A stretch of DNA of 61,158 bases, the filler included. It is 7 parts of 7 records of this genome, joined end to end, with 100 filler letters (N's around TTAATTAATTAA, not from the genome) between each part and the next. Parts side by side here need not be neighbours in the genome. Positions count along the whole stretch, not along the records: positions 19,920 to 34,934 come from SRR20825010_5374; 6 more parts are not named here. One strand, given 5' to 3'. Positions 20,318-30,304 of the stretch are shown here, piece after piece (positions within the stretch are counted from its first letter, which is position 1; each line of letters opens with the position of its first letter). The position numbers and the translations under genes are program-made. The notes under the pieces were generated by a model. The model did no database searches, was not told where the DNA came from, and worked only from the letters and a program-made list of their open reading frames with translations.

Positions 20318-21049
20318 TTATACATTATTCCAGATTTCCCAAGCCTTTTCAGCTTGTCCTTTCAACATTTTTAGCCCATTGCAAATAGCGGCTCCATTGG
20401 ATTCGCCCATAGAAAGAAAACTTGTTTTTTCGGGATTGTAGATTAAGTCGTAAAGCAGGTGCTGCGTGCCGATGTGCTGGTAGGGAATTTCAGGTTTGTC
20501 CTCGACGTTGGGATGGGTTCCAAGGGGCGTGCAATTAATGATCAAGGTGTTTTTTTGAATAATACCCCTGTCCAGTTCTTCATAGGTATATTGCCCGCCT
20601 TTCTTGCTTCGCGAGACGTACGTATTGGATATTCCAAGTTCGTTGAGCACATATTGAACAGCTTTGGAGGCGCCTCCTGTTCCCAAAATCAATGCGCTTT
20701 TGTGATGAGGCTTTAAGTAGGGTTCCAGTGATTTTTGAAAACCGTGGGCATCCGTATTGAATCCCTTTAGCTTATTTCCTGAAAATTGAACGGTGTTAAC
20801 GGCACCGATTTTCTCTGCTATGGAATCTAGCTCATCCAAAAAAGGAATAATTTCCTGCTTATATGGAATGGTGACATTGAGCCCTCGGATATTTTCCTGT
20901 TTAATTATATCTTGGACTTCTTCAATTTTTTGAAGGTCAAAATTCTCGTAACTGTGGTCCTTTAGTCCTAAATCTTGGAACTTTTGGGTAAAATAACCTT
21001 GAGAAAAGGAGTAAGAGATGTTTTTACCGAGAAGGCCGTATCTGTTCAT
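20318..21049 (-). CDS. aroE: Shikimate dehydrogenase
   Basis: SYSFS, GLNVTIPYK, IGAVNT, NTD, LGTGGA, INCTPLG and YDLIYNP motifs. Confidence 0.95.
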   Translation of the reverse strand: MNRYGLLGKNISYSFSQGYFTQKFQDLGLKDHSYENFDLQKIEEVQDIIKQENIRGLNVTIPYKQEIIPFLDELDSIAEKIGAVNTVQFSGNKLKGFNTDAHGFQKSLEPYLKPHHKSALILGTGGASKAVQYVLNELGISNTYVSRSKKGGQYTYEELDRGIIQKNTLIINCTPLGTHPNVEDKPEIPYQHIGTQHLLYDLIYNPEKTSFLSMGESNGAAICNGLKMLKGQAEKAWEIWNNV

Positions 21050-22061
21050 TCTTTTTTCTGTTTTTGCCATACCAATCCAAAATTAATAATACCAAAATCC
21101 CCATTAAAATAAAAAGTATGGCCCACCATGTTTCAGCCTTCGCCATATCGGGGAAATAGCGGGTATAGTTTAGGATTATTTTATTTCCATTGGTATCCAA
21201 AATTGGATGATTGGCCGGATCCAACTTGAATATGGTTTTTTTCCAAGGCCATAAAACACCTAAGGAACCAGTAATGAAACCTAGTAAAACAGCTGTAGTG
21301 GTGGATTTGTAATGTTTTAATAAATAGCTCAACAAATGTGAAAATGTGACCAAGCCAGTAATTGATCCTAAGGTAAAAACTGCCAGAATTTTTAGGGTTC
21401 TGAGACGTTCGGCATTATTTAAAAAAGTGAAATCACCTGAGAATACCTCTGAAAATGTATCGTACAGGGCATTGACGGAATCTACTAAAAGCAACACGTA
21501 ATTCCCCATCAATATCAAAATAAAGGAACCGGAAAGGCCTGGAAGCGTCATTCCGGATACGCTCACGATACCGCAAAAAAAGATGAATAAAAGATTGTCA
21601 TTTTCTTTTGCAGGGTTTAAAAAACTGATGGAAATACCAATAATAAGTCCAATGAGACCGGCAGGAATGGTGCGTTTGTTCCATGGGGAAAAGTCTTTTC
21701 CGATATGATAAATGGAACCGATGACCATGCCAAAAAACGTGGCCCAAACAAAAAGTTCGTTATGCTTTAAAAAGTAATCCAAAATTCGTGACACGCTAAA
21801 GTAGCTGACCAACATGCCGAAAATCAAAAGTCCCAGAAATTTAGCGTTGATATACCGGAAAAAACTCCTAAACCTTCCGTTGAAGAAAAGTTTTAGGGCC
21901 TTTGAGTTCAGTTTTTGAAGGGAATAGATAAATTCCTCGTAAAAACCGGCAACAAAAGCAACGATGCCACCGGAAACCCCTGGAACCTTGTTTGCAGCTC
22001 CCATACATAGGCCTTTGATGACCAAGAAGAAGTTGTCCAGATATGTTCTAGGTTGCTGCAT
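21024..22061 (-). CDS. DUF368 family membrane protein
   Basis: KGLCMGAANKVPGVSGG and MTLPGLSGSFILI repeats; multiple TM helices. Confidence 0.9.
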   Translation of the reverse strand: MQQPRTYLDNFFLVIKGLCMGAANKVPGVSGGIVAFVAGFYEEFIYSLQKLNSKALKLFFNGRFRSFFRYINAKFLGLLIFGMLVSYFSVSRILDYFLKHNELFVWATFFGMVIGSIYHIGKDFSPWNKRTIPAGLIGLIIGISISFLNPAKENDNLLFIFFCGIVSVSGMTLPGLSGSFILILMGNYVLLLVDSVNALYDTFSEVFSGDFTFLNNAERLRTLKILAVFTLGSITGLVTFSHLLSYLLKHYKSTTTAVLLGFITGSLGVLWPWKKTIFKLDPANHPILDTNGNKIILNYTRYFPDMAKAETWWAILFILMGILVLLILDWYGKNRKKNEQIRPSR

Positions 22062-22080
22062 GTGCCTATATAGGTTTTCC

Positions 22081-22998
22081 TTATTTTTTGGAAGCTAATC
22101 TTTCCAGGATAAAAATAAGTGAAAAACCTAGGATGGCTAATACAATGGCGAGCATTAATTTGCTATCTCCCTCAAAAGCACCGGGGAGTACGTTCATATC
22201 GTCCACAACAATAATCTTTTCGCCAAAAGTCTTGGTCTCCAGAACTTTTTTCCATGGCCAAATTTTGTTTAAAGAACCCAGAATGAACCCTGTCAACAAT
22301 GCCAATGTGATGTTTTTATAGTGGTTGAACATCCATTTGAGGAGTCGGGCAAAGCTCAACAGGCCGAAAATCGCACCCAGTCCGACGGTCAAGATAATTT
22401 TGATGTCGCGTTCGTGAACGGCGTCCAAAATGGTTTTGTAGGACCCTAACAGCACCAAGATAAAAGCTCCGGAAATACCAGGAAGAATCATGGCGCAAAT
22501 GGCCAAAGCGCCTGATAGGAACAGATAGGGGAGGTTGTCGGTGTTATCGCTTGCGGGCAATTCGGTTATAAAAAATGCAAGGACAGCGCCCAGAATCAAA
22601 ACAACAACTGAACCGATGGTCCATCTTTTGATTTCCTTGCCCACCAAAAATATGGAAGCTACTACCAATCCAAAGAAAAAGGACCAGAGAAGAATGGGTT
22701 CGTTCTCCAAGAGCCAGCTCAGGAACTTTGCCAAAGAGAGCACGCTGATGAAAATTCCTAGGAACAGGGCCAATAAAAAGTTGCCGTTTACCTTGTTCCA
22801 AACAGCCTTTATCCCTTCTTTTCTTAAAATAGGAACTAGGGAAAGGTTGATGTTGTTGATGGAGGTGATAAGCTCTTCATAAATGCCCGAAATAAAGGCG
22901 ATGGTACCTCCGGAGACACCCGGCACCACATCGGCAGCACCCATGGCCATTCCTTTAAGGGTTATGAATACGTATTGCAGTATACTACGTTCTTGCAT
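22081..22998 (-). CDS. DUF368 family membrane protein (undecaprenyl-phosphate translocase family)
   Basis: KGMAMGAADVVPGVSGGTIA and AMILPGISGAFILVLLG motifs. Confidence 0.92.
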   Translation of the reverse strand: MQERSILQYVFITLKGMAMGAADVVPGVSGGTIAFISGIYEELITSINNINLSLVPILRKEGIKAVWNKVNGNFLLALFLGIFISVLSLAKFLSWLLENEPILLWSFFFGLVVASIFLVGKEIKRWTIGSVVVLILGAVLAFFITELPASDNTDNLPYLFLSGALAICAMILPGISGAFILVLLGSYKTILDAVHERDIKIILTVGLGAIFGLLSFARLLKWMFNHYKNITLALLTGFILGSLNKIWPWKKVLETKTFGEKIIVVDDMNVLPGAFEGDSKLMLAIVLAILGFSLIFILERLASKK

Positions 22999-23020
22999 GG
23001 ATTTGGATAAAATGTACCGG

Positions 23021-24421
23021 CTACTTAGCTGTTTTCCTAATTTTTGAAACCAGCGCTTTCACCCAATCTACTTCAGTGAATTCCGGGAATTCTTTTTCAA
23101 ACTGTCGCAATTTACCAATATCCAGTTTCATGGCCTTGGATAAAATCTGTTTTGATTCGGCCAAGTCATCATTTTTTAAATGTAAGCCCGCCAATTTATA
23201 GGTGAGTTCGCAATTGTCGGGGTAAAACTCCAATCCTTGGATCAGCACTTGGATGGCGGAATTATAATCTCCAATTTTGTTAAGGACCTCGCCCCAGTTT
23301 TTCCATGTGGAGAGTTCGTAGTTCCCTAGGTCCACAGCTTGCTTATAGGCAAAATCAGCTTCGTCCCAGTTTTTGAGGGCGGCATAGATCTTACCGGATT
23401 TTTTCCAATACTTTGGGTTTTCACCATCAATATTTATGGCCTTGTTGATATAATACAGGGCTTTTTCATAATTTTTTTGTCCAAAATGAAAATCTGTAAT
23501 GGCCAACCAACCCTTGTCCAGCAAAGGGTCCTCATGAACGGTGTGATAGTAATAGTATTTTGCCAGATCGTAGTTCCCCAGTTTTTCATGACACTTTCCA
23601 AGTCGCAAGAATGCGTAGGAGGTAGGATCTTCGATGGATATTGTGGATTCATAATTTTCGATGGCCTCATTGTACCTGCCCAATTTTTCCAAAACCTTGC
23701 CTTTTTCAAAATAGGCCCCGATAAAGGAATCATCAGAAATCACGGCAAAATCAAAAGCGGTCAACGCTTCGATATACAATTGTTTTGCAAGGTACATTTT
23801 GCCCAGTTGATGCCAAGCAACCTCACAATAGGGGTTTCTGTCCAAATAATCGTTCAGGTAATAGATGCTTCCATCAAAATCTTCCAAAAACTCAAAGCAG
23901 TACACCACGTTGTAAAGGGATGAATAGTCTTCGTCATCAATTTCCACACAGCGCATAAAGCTGAGCTTTGCTTGCTCATAATTATCCATGAACAGGTATT
24001 CCATGCCTAAAAGCGAGTGGATGTCAAAAGAGTGGTCCGTGATGTCCAAAGCCTCCAATAGTAAGTTGACTGCTTCTTGGTGCTTGTCTTGCTTGGAACG
24101 GATGTTCGCCCGTTGGATATAGACTTCCTCGTTGTCTGCGTTTATGTTCTGAATCTCGTCCAGAAGTGTTTCGGCAGCTTCAAATTTGTCCTCGAAAGCC
24201 AAGACCTCCACTTGTAAAAGTTTCAATTCCATGGAATTTGGATGTTGCTCCAAACCAATCTGGATGGCTTTTTTGCCCAAGGAGATTTTACCGTTGTTCA
24301 GGTAGTGGTGAATGATTTCCTCAAAGTCCTCCGCATCAAAGAAATAGACGTCATCCGTCTTGAGCATGGACTCAAACTTACTAATGGATTTGTCTGGATA
24401 TTCGTTAGATTCTAACGCCAT
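23021..24421 (-). CDS. Tetratricopeptide repeat protein
   Basis: Successive TPR-like helices (AWHQLG...A...FD.A; AYFEKG..LE.LG.Y.EA). Confidence 0.88.
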   Translation of the reverse strand: MALESNEYPDKSISKFESMLKTDDVYFFDAEDFEEIIHHYLNNGKISLGKKAIQIGLEQHPNSMELKLLQVEVLAFEDKFEAAETLLDEIQNINADNEEVYIQRANIRSKQDKHQEAVNLLLEALDITDHSFDIHSLLGMEYLFMDNYEQAKLSFMRCVEIDDEDYSSLYNVVYCFEFLEDFDGSIYYLNDYLDRNPYCEVAWHQLGKMYLAKQLYIEALTAFDFAVISDDSFIGAYFEKGKVLEKLGRYNEAIENYESTISIEDPTSYAFLRLGKCHEKLGNYDLAKYYYYHTVHEDPLLDKGWLAITDFHFGQKNYEKALYYINKAINIDGENPKYWKKSGKIYAALKNWDEADFAYKQAVDLGNYELSTWKNWGEVLNKIGDYNSAIQVLIQGLEFYPDNCELTYKLAGLHLKNDDLAESKQILSKAMKLDIGKLRQFEKEFPEFTEVDWVKALVSKIRKTAK

Positions 24422-24507
24422 AGGAACGTTTTTGGTTGAACTATGGACTTAAAATTAACCCTTTGAGCTACTCTTAAAGTCCATTTTAGGGGTATGTTAT
24501 CAACAAA

Positions 24508-25704
24508 TTAGTTAACAGTATCGGATTTATAGTTGTTTAAAATCCCAAGGATTTGGTCGCATCCTTCCTCTATTTCTTTCATGGAAATGGTTAGGGGAGG
24601 GGAGATTCTCACAGCTTTTGGCTCAAATAACAGCCAGAAAAGGATGAGTCCTTTTTTTGCGGCCTCGAGGACCAAATAGTCAGCTATTTCCTTGCTCTCC
24701 ATAATCGGAGCGAGCATTAAACCTTTACCGCGTATTTCTTTTATTAGTGGATGTTGCAATAGTTTACGGAACAGTTTTTCCTTTTCCAGGGTTTGTGGGA
24801 TAAGGTCTGTTTCGGTGATTTCTTTTAGGGTCGCCAAGCTTGCGGCTGCAATTACAGGATTGCCACCAAAAGTTGTGATGTGTCCAAATTTCGGGTTTTC
24901 TTTTAAATCGGCCATTAACTCGTGGGATGCCACAAAAGCTCCAACGGGAAGGCCCGATGCCATGCCTTTTCCAATGACCAAGATATCTGGCGGACAATCA
25001 AAGTGCTCAAAAGCGAACAATTTACCGGTACGGCCGAAGCCGGGCTGTATTTCGTCCAGAATCAACAATGCCCCCACTTCGTCGCAGCGTTTTCGTATTT
25101 TTTCCAGATATCCATTTTCGGGCAAAATAAAGCCTGCACCACCTTGGATGGTTTCCAAGACCACAGCAGCAGTTTTTTCGGAGATGTTCTTAATTTCTTC
25201 TTCAGCATTGAACTGAATAAAACGAATATCGGGAATCAAAGGTCGAAAAGCACTTTTGCGTTCTTCCAGTCCCATAAGGCTTAAACTCCCCATGGTGTTG
25301 CCATGATAGGCATTTTTTGCGGAGATTACCTGAGAACGTCCAGTATGCCTTCGTGCCAATTTAATGGCTCCTTCCATGGCTTCCGTGCCCGAATTGACCA
25401 AATAGGTGGTATTTAAGTTTTCGGGAAGATGGGAGGCCAATAGTTTGGAGAATTCCACGGCAGGTCGTTGAATATACTCGCCATAGACCATAACATGCAT
25501 ATACTGGTCCACCTGTGTTTTGATGGCGTCCACTACCTTGGGGTGGCCGTGTCCCAAACTGCAAGCCGATACACCTGCCACAAAATCCAAATGGGCGTTC
25601 CCATCCACGTCGTAGATGTAGCTCCCCTTGGCGTGAGAAACCTCCAAGGCCAATGGATGTGGGGAGGTTTGGGCTTGGTATGTGAAAAAATCTTTTTTGG
25701 ACAT
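24508..25704 (-). CDS. Class III PLP aminotransferase (ArgD/ornithine aminotransferase-like)
   Basis: LDFVAG, NSGTEA, YHGNT, LILDEIQPGFGRTG, PDIL..GKG and TTFGGNP motifs. Confidence 0.9.
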   Translation of the reverse strand: MSKKDFFTYQAQTSPHPLALEVSHAKGSYIYDVDGNAHLDFVAGVSACSLGHGHPKVVDAIKTQVDQYMHVMVYGEYIQRPAVEFSKLLASHLPENLNTTYLVNSGTEAMEGAIKLARRHTGRSQVISAKNAYHGNTMGSLSLMGLEERKSAFRPLIPDIRFIQFNAEEEIKNISEKTAAVVLETIQGGAGFILPENGYLEKIRKRCDEVGALLILDEIQPGFGRTGKLFAFEHFDCPPDILVIGKGMASGLPVGAFVASHELMADLKENPKFGHITTFGGNPVIAAASLATLKEITETDLIPQTLEKEKLFRKLLQHPLIKEIRGKGLMLAPIMESKEIADYLVLEAAKKGLILFWLLFEPKAVRISPPLTISMKEIEEGCDQILGILNNYKSDTVN

Positions 25705-27407
25705 TATGGTGTCTGCGCTTTCTTTTGAACAGCGGTTTTTTTGGGTTTTACCGCTTTGGTGTTGGGTGCGTTGATGGGGTCGTTCTGGTTGTTTTGTCGC
25801 TCGTTTTCCTCGGCATCAATATCTATAGGGTTGTCTATGCCCCTAATTTTTACCAGTTCGATATTGTTGTCGTCTTCATCAAAAATTTCTTCTTTTGACC
25901 TTATCCGTTCATCGCCCCGCCAAACAAATCCTTTTAGTTTTCTGCTCTCTACGGGCAAATCGGTCTCAGGAAAGATATCTCCATCGGGATTTACAAAAAA
26001 GGTGATGTCCTCAATATCGTTGTTTGCCATGAGCAACCGTATTTTGCTACAAATGGTCTTATCGATTCCGATCAGCTCTTCGTCATCGTTGTAGACGTAG
26101 TAAATCACCTCGGTGTTTTGGACCAAATCAATGATTTTCAATTCATTTTCTATGAACTTGCCAAAGAGATTTTTACCCTTGGCCTGATTATACCCAGTTT
26201 TGCTAATGGTGTCCAAAGAAATAATGAATGCATTTTCTATGACTTTTAGGGAATCCAGTTTATCGGTTTCCATATCGGATATCAAATGGATGCTATCTCC
26301 GGTAATCTGGTTGTCCACGTTCCATAAAATAGGATTGGTAATCAATTGGGTGATTCCTGTTCTTTCCTCAAAATGGATGGAATCGCACTTGCCGCTCAAG
26401 TCGGTTTTATAGAATTTGGCATTTCTGAAGGCCCTGAGAACACGTTCCTCTTCTTTGCCGGTAACCATTAAGGTGTCGCCATGCATGTAGAGCGAATCTT
26501 TTTCCACCAAGCTAATAGAGACCGCTCTTTTGGTAGCAAAAACAGAATCCTTGGCCTTGTGCACCTCTGCATAGTGAGCACGAATAACCCCATTATTGAT
26601 GGTGTCCGTAATCTGAATATTGTTCGTGGCCGAAGCAAATTCAGAAGCTTTGTCGAAATAAAGGCTGTCGCCCTCGATTATTTTATTGTCGTAATCGATA
26701 CGGGTGTTCTTAATGCCATATCCTTGTTCGATAGTAGTGTCATAAAAACCCCGCTCGCAATAGATTTTGTACTCCTCTCCGGTAATAGTAGAAGGTCCGT
26801 ACATGTAGGCGTTCTTGGAGGTGGTGTAATAGTCTAACTGCTCCGAATCAATAATGTAATCGGGATTGTCTATGTGTACGTTACGCTGGAACTGGTACTT
26901 TTTGGGCGTCATAAAATAGGTGCCCACTTTGCTGGTAAGCACATTGGCCGAGTCTACCACTTTACCTCCGGAACGGTAATAGGCTTCTTGTTTTTCCCTA
27001 TCAAAATAGAGGGTATCGGTGGTCAACCGCATTTGCCCGTTTGTGAGGTCCACTTTTTCCCATGCCTTGGCTAACTTAGTGTTTCCATCATAATCCATTT
27101 TTCCACTGTTCATTTCAATGGAGTCTCCTTGTTGCAAGCGAATGTTGCCAATGGCTTTCAAGCGGTTCTCTTCGGCATAAAAAATAGCAATATCGCACCA
27201 AAGGTCTGCACCTTGGTGTTCAAACTGTACCTGTCGCTCATCGTCCTTGCTAAAAATGGATGCCCCTGGGAACTGAGCTTCGTCCTTGGTGAAATTGGCC
27301 CCATATACGATGTTAATCTGTCGACCGCCTTGTGGTTGTTGGTCCTGGGCAAAAACGCTAAAAGCGAAAAGTGATAGAATGAGAAATGAAATGCTTTTCA
27401 AGTCCAT
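25704..27407 (-). CDS. OstA/LptA-like beta-jellyroll envelope protein
   Basis: Signal peptide, then repeated xDSL/xDTLY beta-strand motifs typical of Bacteroidota OstA-like proteins. A TACTTTTG -7 element at 27419-27426 (minus) supports a start near 27407. Confidence 0.8.
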   Translation of the reverse strand: MDLKSISFLILSLFAFSVFAQDQQPQGGRQINIVYGANFTKDEAQFPGASIFSKDDERQVQFEHQGADLWCDIAIFYAEENRLKAIGNIRLQQGDSIEMNSGKMDYDGNTKLAKAWEKVDLTNGQMRLTTDTLYFDREKQEAYYRSGGKVVDSANVLTSKVGTYFMTPKKYQFQRNVHIDNPDYIIDSEQLDYYTTSKNAYMYGPSTITGEEYKIYCERGFYDTTIEQGYGIKNTRIDYDNKIIEGDSLYFDKASEFASATNNIQITDTINNGVIRAHYAEVHKAKDSVFATKRAVSISLVEKDSLYMHGDTLMVTGKEEERVLRAFRNAKFYKTDLSGKCDSIHFEERTGITQLITNPILWNVDNQITGDSIHLISDMETDKLDSLKVIENAFIISLDTISKTGYNQAKGKNLFGKFIENELKIIDLVQNTEVIYYVYNDDEELIGIDKTICSKIRLLMANNDIEDITFFVNPDGDIFPETDLPVESRKLKGFVWRGDERIRSKEEIFDEDDNNIELVKIRGIDNPIDIDAEENERQNNQNDPINAPNTKAVKPKKTAVQKKAQTP

Positions 27408-27502
27408 AAAATTTTGCCCAAAAGTAGGGTTTTTAACGGAAGTGGCATGCATCGTTTAGAAAGCTTTGGGATTTCTCTGCCAAACGTTTACGGCGCTGTA
27501 TT

Positions 27503-27943
27503 TTATTTTCCTCGTTTGAGAGTCAGGGTGATTTGTCCGCAATGGTAAGTTGTGTGATATAAAATATGCCCTAACAACCTGACCCTGGAAATGGGTCCGA
27601 AAAAAGGAGTGTCCAAGGTTTCTCTCCATTGGTCTTCAGAAAGATTTTCAACAAGGCCGTACAATACTTGGTAGCCGTCATCAATAAGTTGTTGACTTTC
27701 TTTCTTGTCGTAGACTTTCCCCGAGTCTGTTTGGCCCATGGTTGTGTTTTCAACATCTGTGGGAATCCCAAAAAATTGTGAGAGCAGATGTATTATTTCT
27801 CCAATATGACGTTAAATGAATCCAACGGATGCGGTATCATCATTTAATTTTAGCACGCTGTTTTCTTGAGTGATCTCAACGAACGTATAATCACAGGTTT
27901 TTTTGTTCTGCGCGATTAAATCCTTAAGAATGTCTTTGGTCAT
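27503..27943 (-). pseudogene. DinB-family protein interrupted by an in-frame TAA at codon 44
   Basis: ATG 27943 reads MTKDILKDLIAQN...ASVGFI*RHIGE... and continues in frame into the 78-aa ORF that ends with the DinB motif HILYHTTYHCGQI. Confidence 0.8.
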
Positions 27944-27948
27944 ATAAG

Positions 27949-28428
27949 TTATTGATTGAGGTATGCCGAGTACATCCAAATCAGTTTTTCCTGCTCGCGG
28001 ATGTAGTCGCTCATCAATGCATTGGTGCCTTCATCATTGGACTCGCCTGACAGTTCTAAAAGTTCTCTTTCCAAAGGCAATAGCACTTCATATCCTTTTA
28101 ATATCAGCTGAATGGCCTCGGTGCCATTCGATATATTTTTGGCGACCTTTATTTTTGACAGCTCTATATAATCCCCAAAGGTATGTGGGGGAGTAAAGCC
28201 CAAAGTCAAGATTCGTTCAGCAATTTCATCAATTTTAACCAATGAATCGTTATAGAGTTCTTCGAACTTAAGGTGGAGTTCAAAAAACTTCTCACCTTTA
28301 ATGTTCCAATGAAATCCACGGGCATTCATGTAGAATATCTGATAATTGGCCAGCAACTCATTTAGTTTATCTGCCAAGTCATTGGAAGCTGTTCTATCGA
28401 GTCCTATTTGATTTAGATTTTGTTTCAT
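27949..28428 (-). CDS. dps: Dps DNA-binding ferritin-like protein
   Basis: FHWNIKG..FFELHLKFEELY, DEIAERILTLG and EQEKLIWM motifs. Confidence 0.95.
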   Translation of the reverse strand: MKQNLNQIGLDRTASNDLADKLNELLANYQIFYMNARGFHWNIKGEKFFELHLKFEELYNDSLVKIDEIAERILTLGFTPPHTFGDYIELSKIKVAKNISNGTEAIQLILKGYEVLLPLERELLELSGESNDEGTNALMSDYIREQEKLIWMYSAYLNQ

Positions 28429-28526
28429 TTCGCTTCAATTTTAAATCTATTTAAAGGTAAAGTAAACGAACGTTCCTTAAAGTGACATTGGTCACATAAA
28501 GCTAATCTGACACAAATAAAATAGGT

Positions 28527-29795
28527 CTACCGATGAATGGTCTGGAGCCTGTCCGGACCTACCGATACAATCTTAATTGGAACGTTCAGTTGTTCTTCCA
28601 AAAAGGCGATGTAATCATTCAAAGTAGCCGGTAAATCCTCCGCTTTGGAAAGTTGGGTTAAATCTTGCGACCATCCCTTCATTTCCTTGTAGATAGGGGT
28701 GACATATTCCTCTTCTATGCTGTATGGAAGGTGCTTAATTTCCTCTCCTTTGTACTTGTAAGCGGTACATACCTTGATGGTGTCAAAACCACTAAGCACA
28801 TCGGCTTTCATCATCATCAATTCTGTTACACCGTTAATTTGAACGGCGTATTTCAAGGCAACCAAATCCAACCAACCACAACGTCGGGGTCTTCCTGTTG
28901 TTGCACCAAATTCGTTTCCGACTTTGGCCATGGTAGCACCGTCTTCATCAAATAATTCGGTAGGGAAGGGGCCGCTTCCCACTCTGGTGGTATAGGCCTT
29001 GAAAATTCCCAACACATTTTTGATATTGTTAGGAGCAACGCCTAAACCGGTACAGGCACCGGCAGCGGTAGTGTTTGACGATGTTACGAATGGATAGGTT
29101 CCAAAATCAATGTCCAAAAGAGAGCCTTGTGCTCCCTCTGCCAATATTTTTTTGCCTTCGGTCTGTGCCTTGAAGATATATTCCTCACTATCAATGAAGG
29201 TTAATTTTTTCAATGTTTCCACACCTTCGCAGAACTCGGCTTCTAATTCATCAAGGTTGTATTGGATGTCCACATTGTAAAAATCAATCATGGCTTCGTG
29301 TTTGTCGGCAAGGGCTCGGTATTTTGTTTTCCAGTCGTCGAACTCCAAATCACCTACTCGCATACCGTTACGGCCAGTTTTGTCCATATAGGTGGGGCCG
29401 ATACCCTTTAGGGTAGAACCGATTTTTGCTTTTCCTTTGGAAGCCTCAGAAGCCGCATCTAACAATCGGTGTGTTGGTAAAATCAAATGAGCTTTACGTG
29501 AAATAAAGAGCTTGGTTTCGATGTCTATATTGAATTTCTCCAAGTTATCGAGCTCCTTTTTAAATATTACGGGGTCGATTACGACTCCGTTACCTACCAC
29601 ATTGATGGCATTTTTGTGAAATATTCCGGAGGGAATGGTGTGCAAAACGTGTTTTATACCATCAAATTCCAAAGTGTGCCCTGCATTTGGACCTCCTTGA
29701 AATCTGGCGATAATATCGTATTCCTTGGTCAGTACATCAACAATTTTTCCTTTTCCTTCGTCTCCCCATTGGAGTCCAAGCAATAAATCTACCAT
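28527..29795 (-). CDS. purA: Adenylosuccinate synthetase
   Basis: QWGDEGKGK, GGPNAGHT, EGAQG, GTYPFVTSS and GATTGRPRRCGW motifs. Confidence 0.98.
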   Translation of the reverse strand: MVDLLLGLQWGDEGKGKIVDVLTKEYDIIARFQGGPNAGHTLEFDGIKHVLHTIPSGIFHKNAINVVGNGVVIDPVIFKKELDNLEKFNIDIETKLFISRKAHLILPTHRLLDAASEASKGKAKIGSTLKGIGPTYMDKTGRNGMRVGDLEFDDWKTKYRALADKHEAMIDFYNVDIQYNLDELEAEFCEGVETLKKLTFIDSEEYIFKAQTEGKKILAEGAQGSLLDIDFGTYPFVTSSNTTAAGACTGLGVAPNNIKNVLGIFKAYTTRVGSGPFPTELFDEDGATMAKVGNEFGATTGRPRRCGWLDLVALKYAVQINGVTELMMMKADVLSGFDTIKVCTAYKYKGEEIKHLPYSIEEEYVTPIYKEMKGWSQDLTQLSKAEDLPATLNDYIAFLEEQLNVPIKIVSVGPDRLQTIHR

Positions 29796-29807
29796 GTAAT
29801 ATGTGGG

Positions 29808-30263
29808 TTATTCAGTTAGGTTTTTTTCTTTGTTTCGGGTTCCGTAGAAGTATAATGAGTGGTTACTGATTTTTATGTCAAAGACCTCCTCAATGGTTTT
29901 TTTGATGGATTGAATGCGTGGGTCACAAAATTCTACCACCTCTCCGGTATCGGTCAGTATCACATGGTCGTGCTGACGGTCAAAATAGGATTTCTCGTAC
30001 TGTGCCTGATTTTTTCCGAATTGGTGCTTTCTGACCAATTTACATTCCAATAAAAGTTCGATGGTATTGTAAAGCGTTGCACGACTCACCCTATAATTCT
30101 TGGTTTTCATTTTAATGTAAAGGGATTCTACGTCAAAATGATCGTCACTTTCATAAATTTCCTGTAAAATGGCGTAGCGTTCAGGTGTTTTGCGGTGTCC
30201 TTTTTCCTCAAGAAAGGCCGTGAACACGTTTTTTACAATTTCCTGATTTTTATTATTTCCCAT
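29808..30263 (-). CDS. fur: Fur-family transcriptional regulator
   Basis: [20 protein letters not shown] and QHDH motifs. Confidence 0.9.
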   Translation of the reverse strand: MGNNKNQEIVKNVFTAFLEEKGHRKTPERYAILQEIYESDDHFDVESLYIKMKTKNYRVSRATLYNTIELLLECKLVRKHQFGKNQAQYEKSYFDRQHDHVILTDTGEVVEFCDPRIQSIKKTIEEVFDIKISNHSLYFYGTRNKEKNLTE

Positions 30264-30286
30264 GGCTTTCTACCTATGCTAATGCA

Positions 30287-30294
30287 CAAAGGTA
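30287..30294 (-). promoter_or_regulatory. Bacteroidota -7 promoter element for fur-purA
   Basis: TACCTTTG on the minus strand, about 24 nt before the fur ATG. Confidence 0.55.
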
Positions 30295-30304
30295 CAGTTA
30301 AAAT

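Noticed and set aside
27812-27814. Stop-codon reassignment or programmed readthrough in the DinB gene
   Set aside because: TAA terminates many neighbouring genes on this contig, so a point mutation or sequencing error is simpler.
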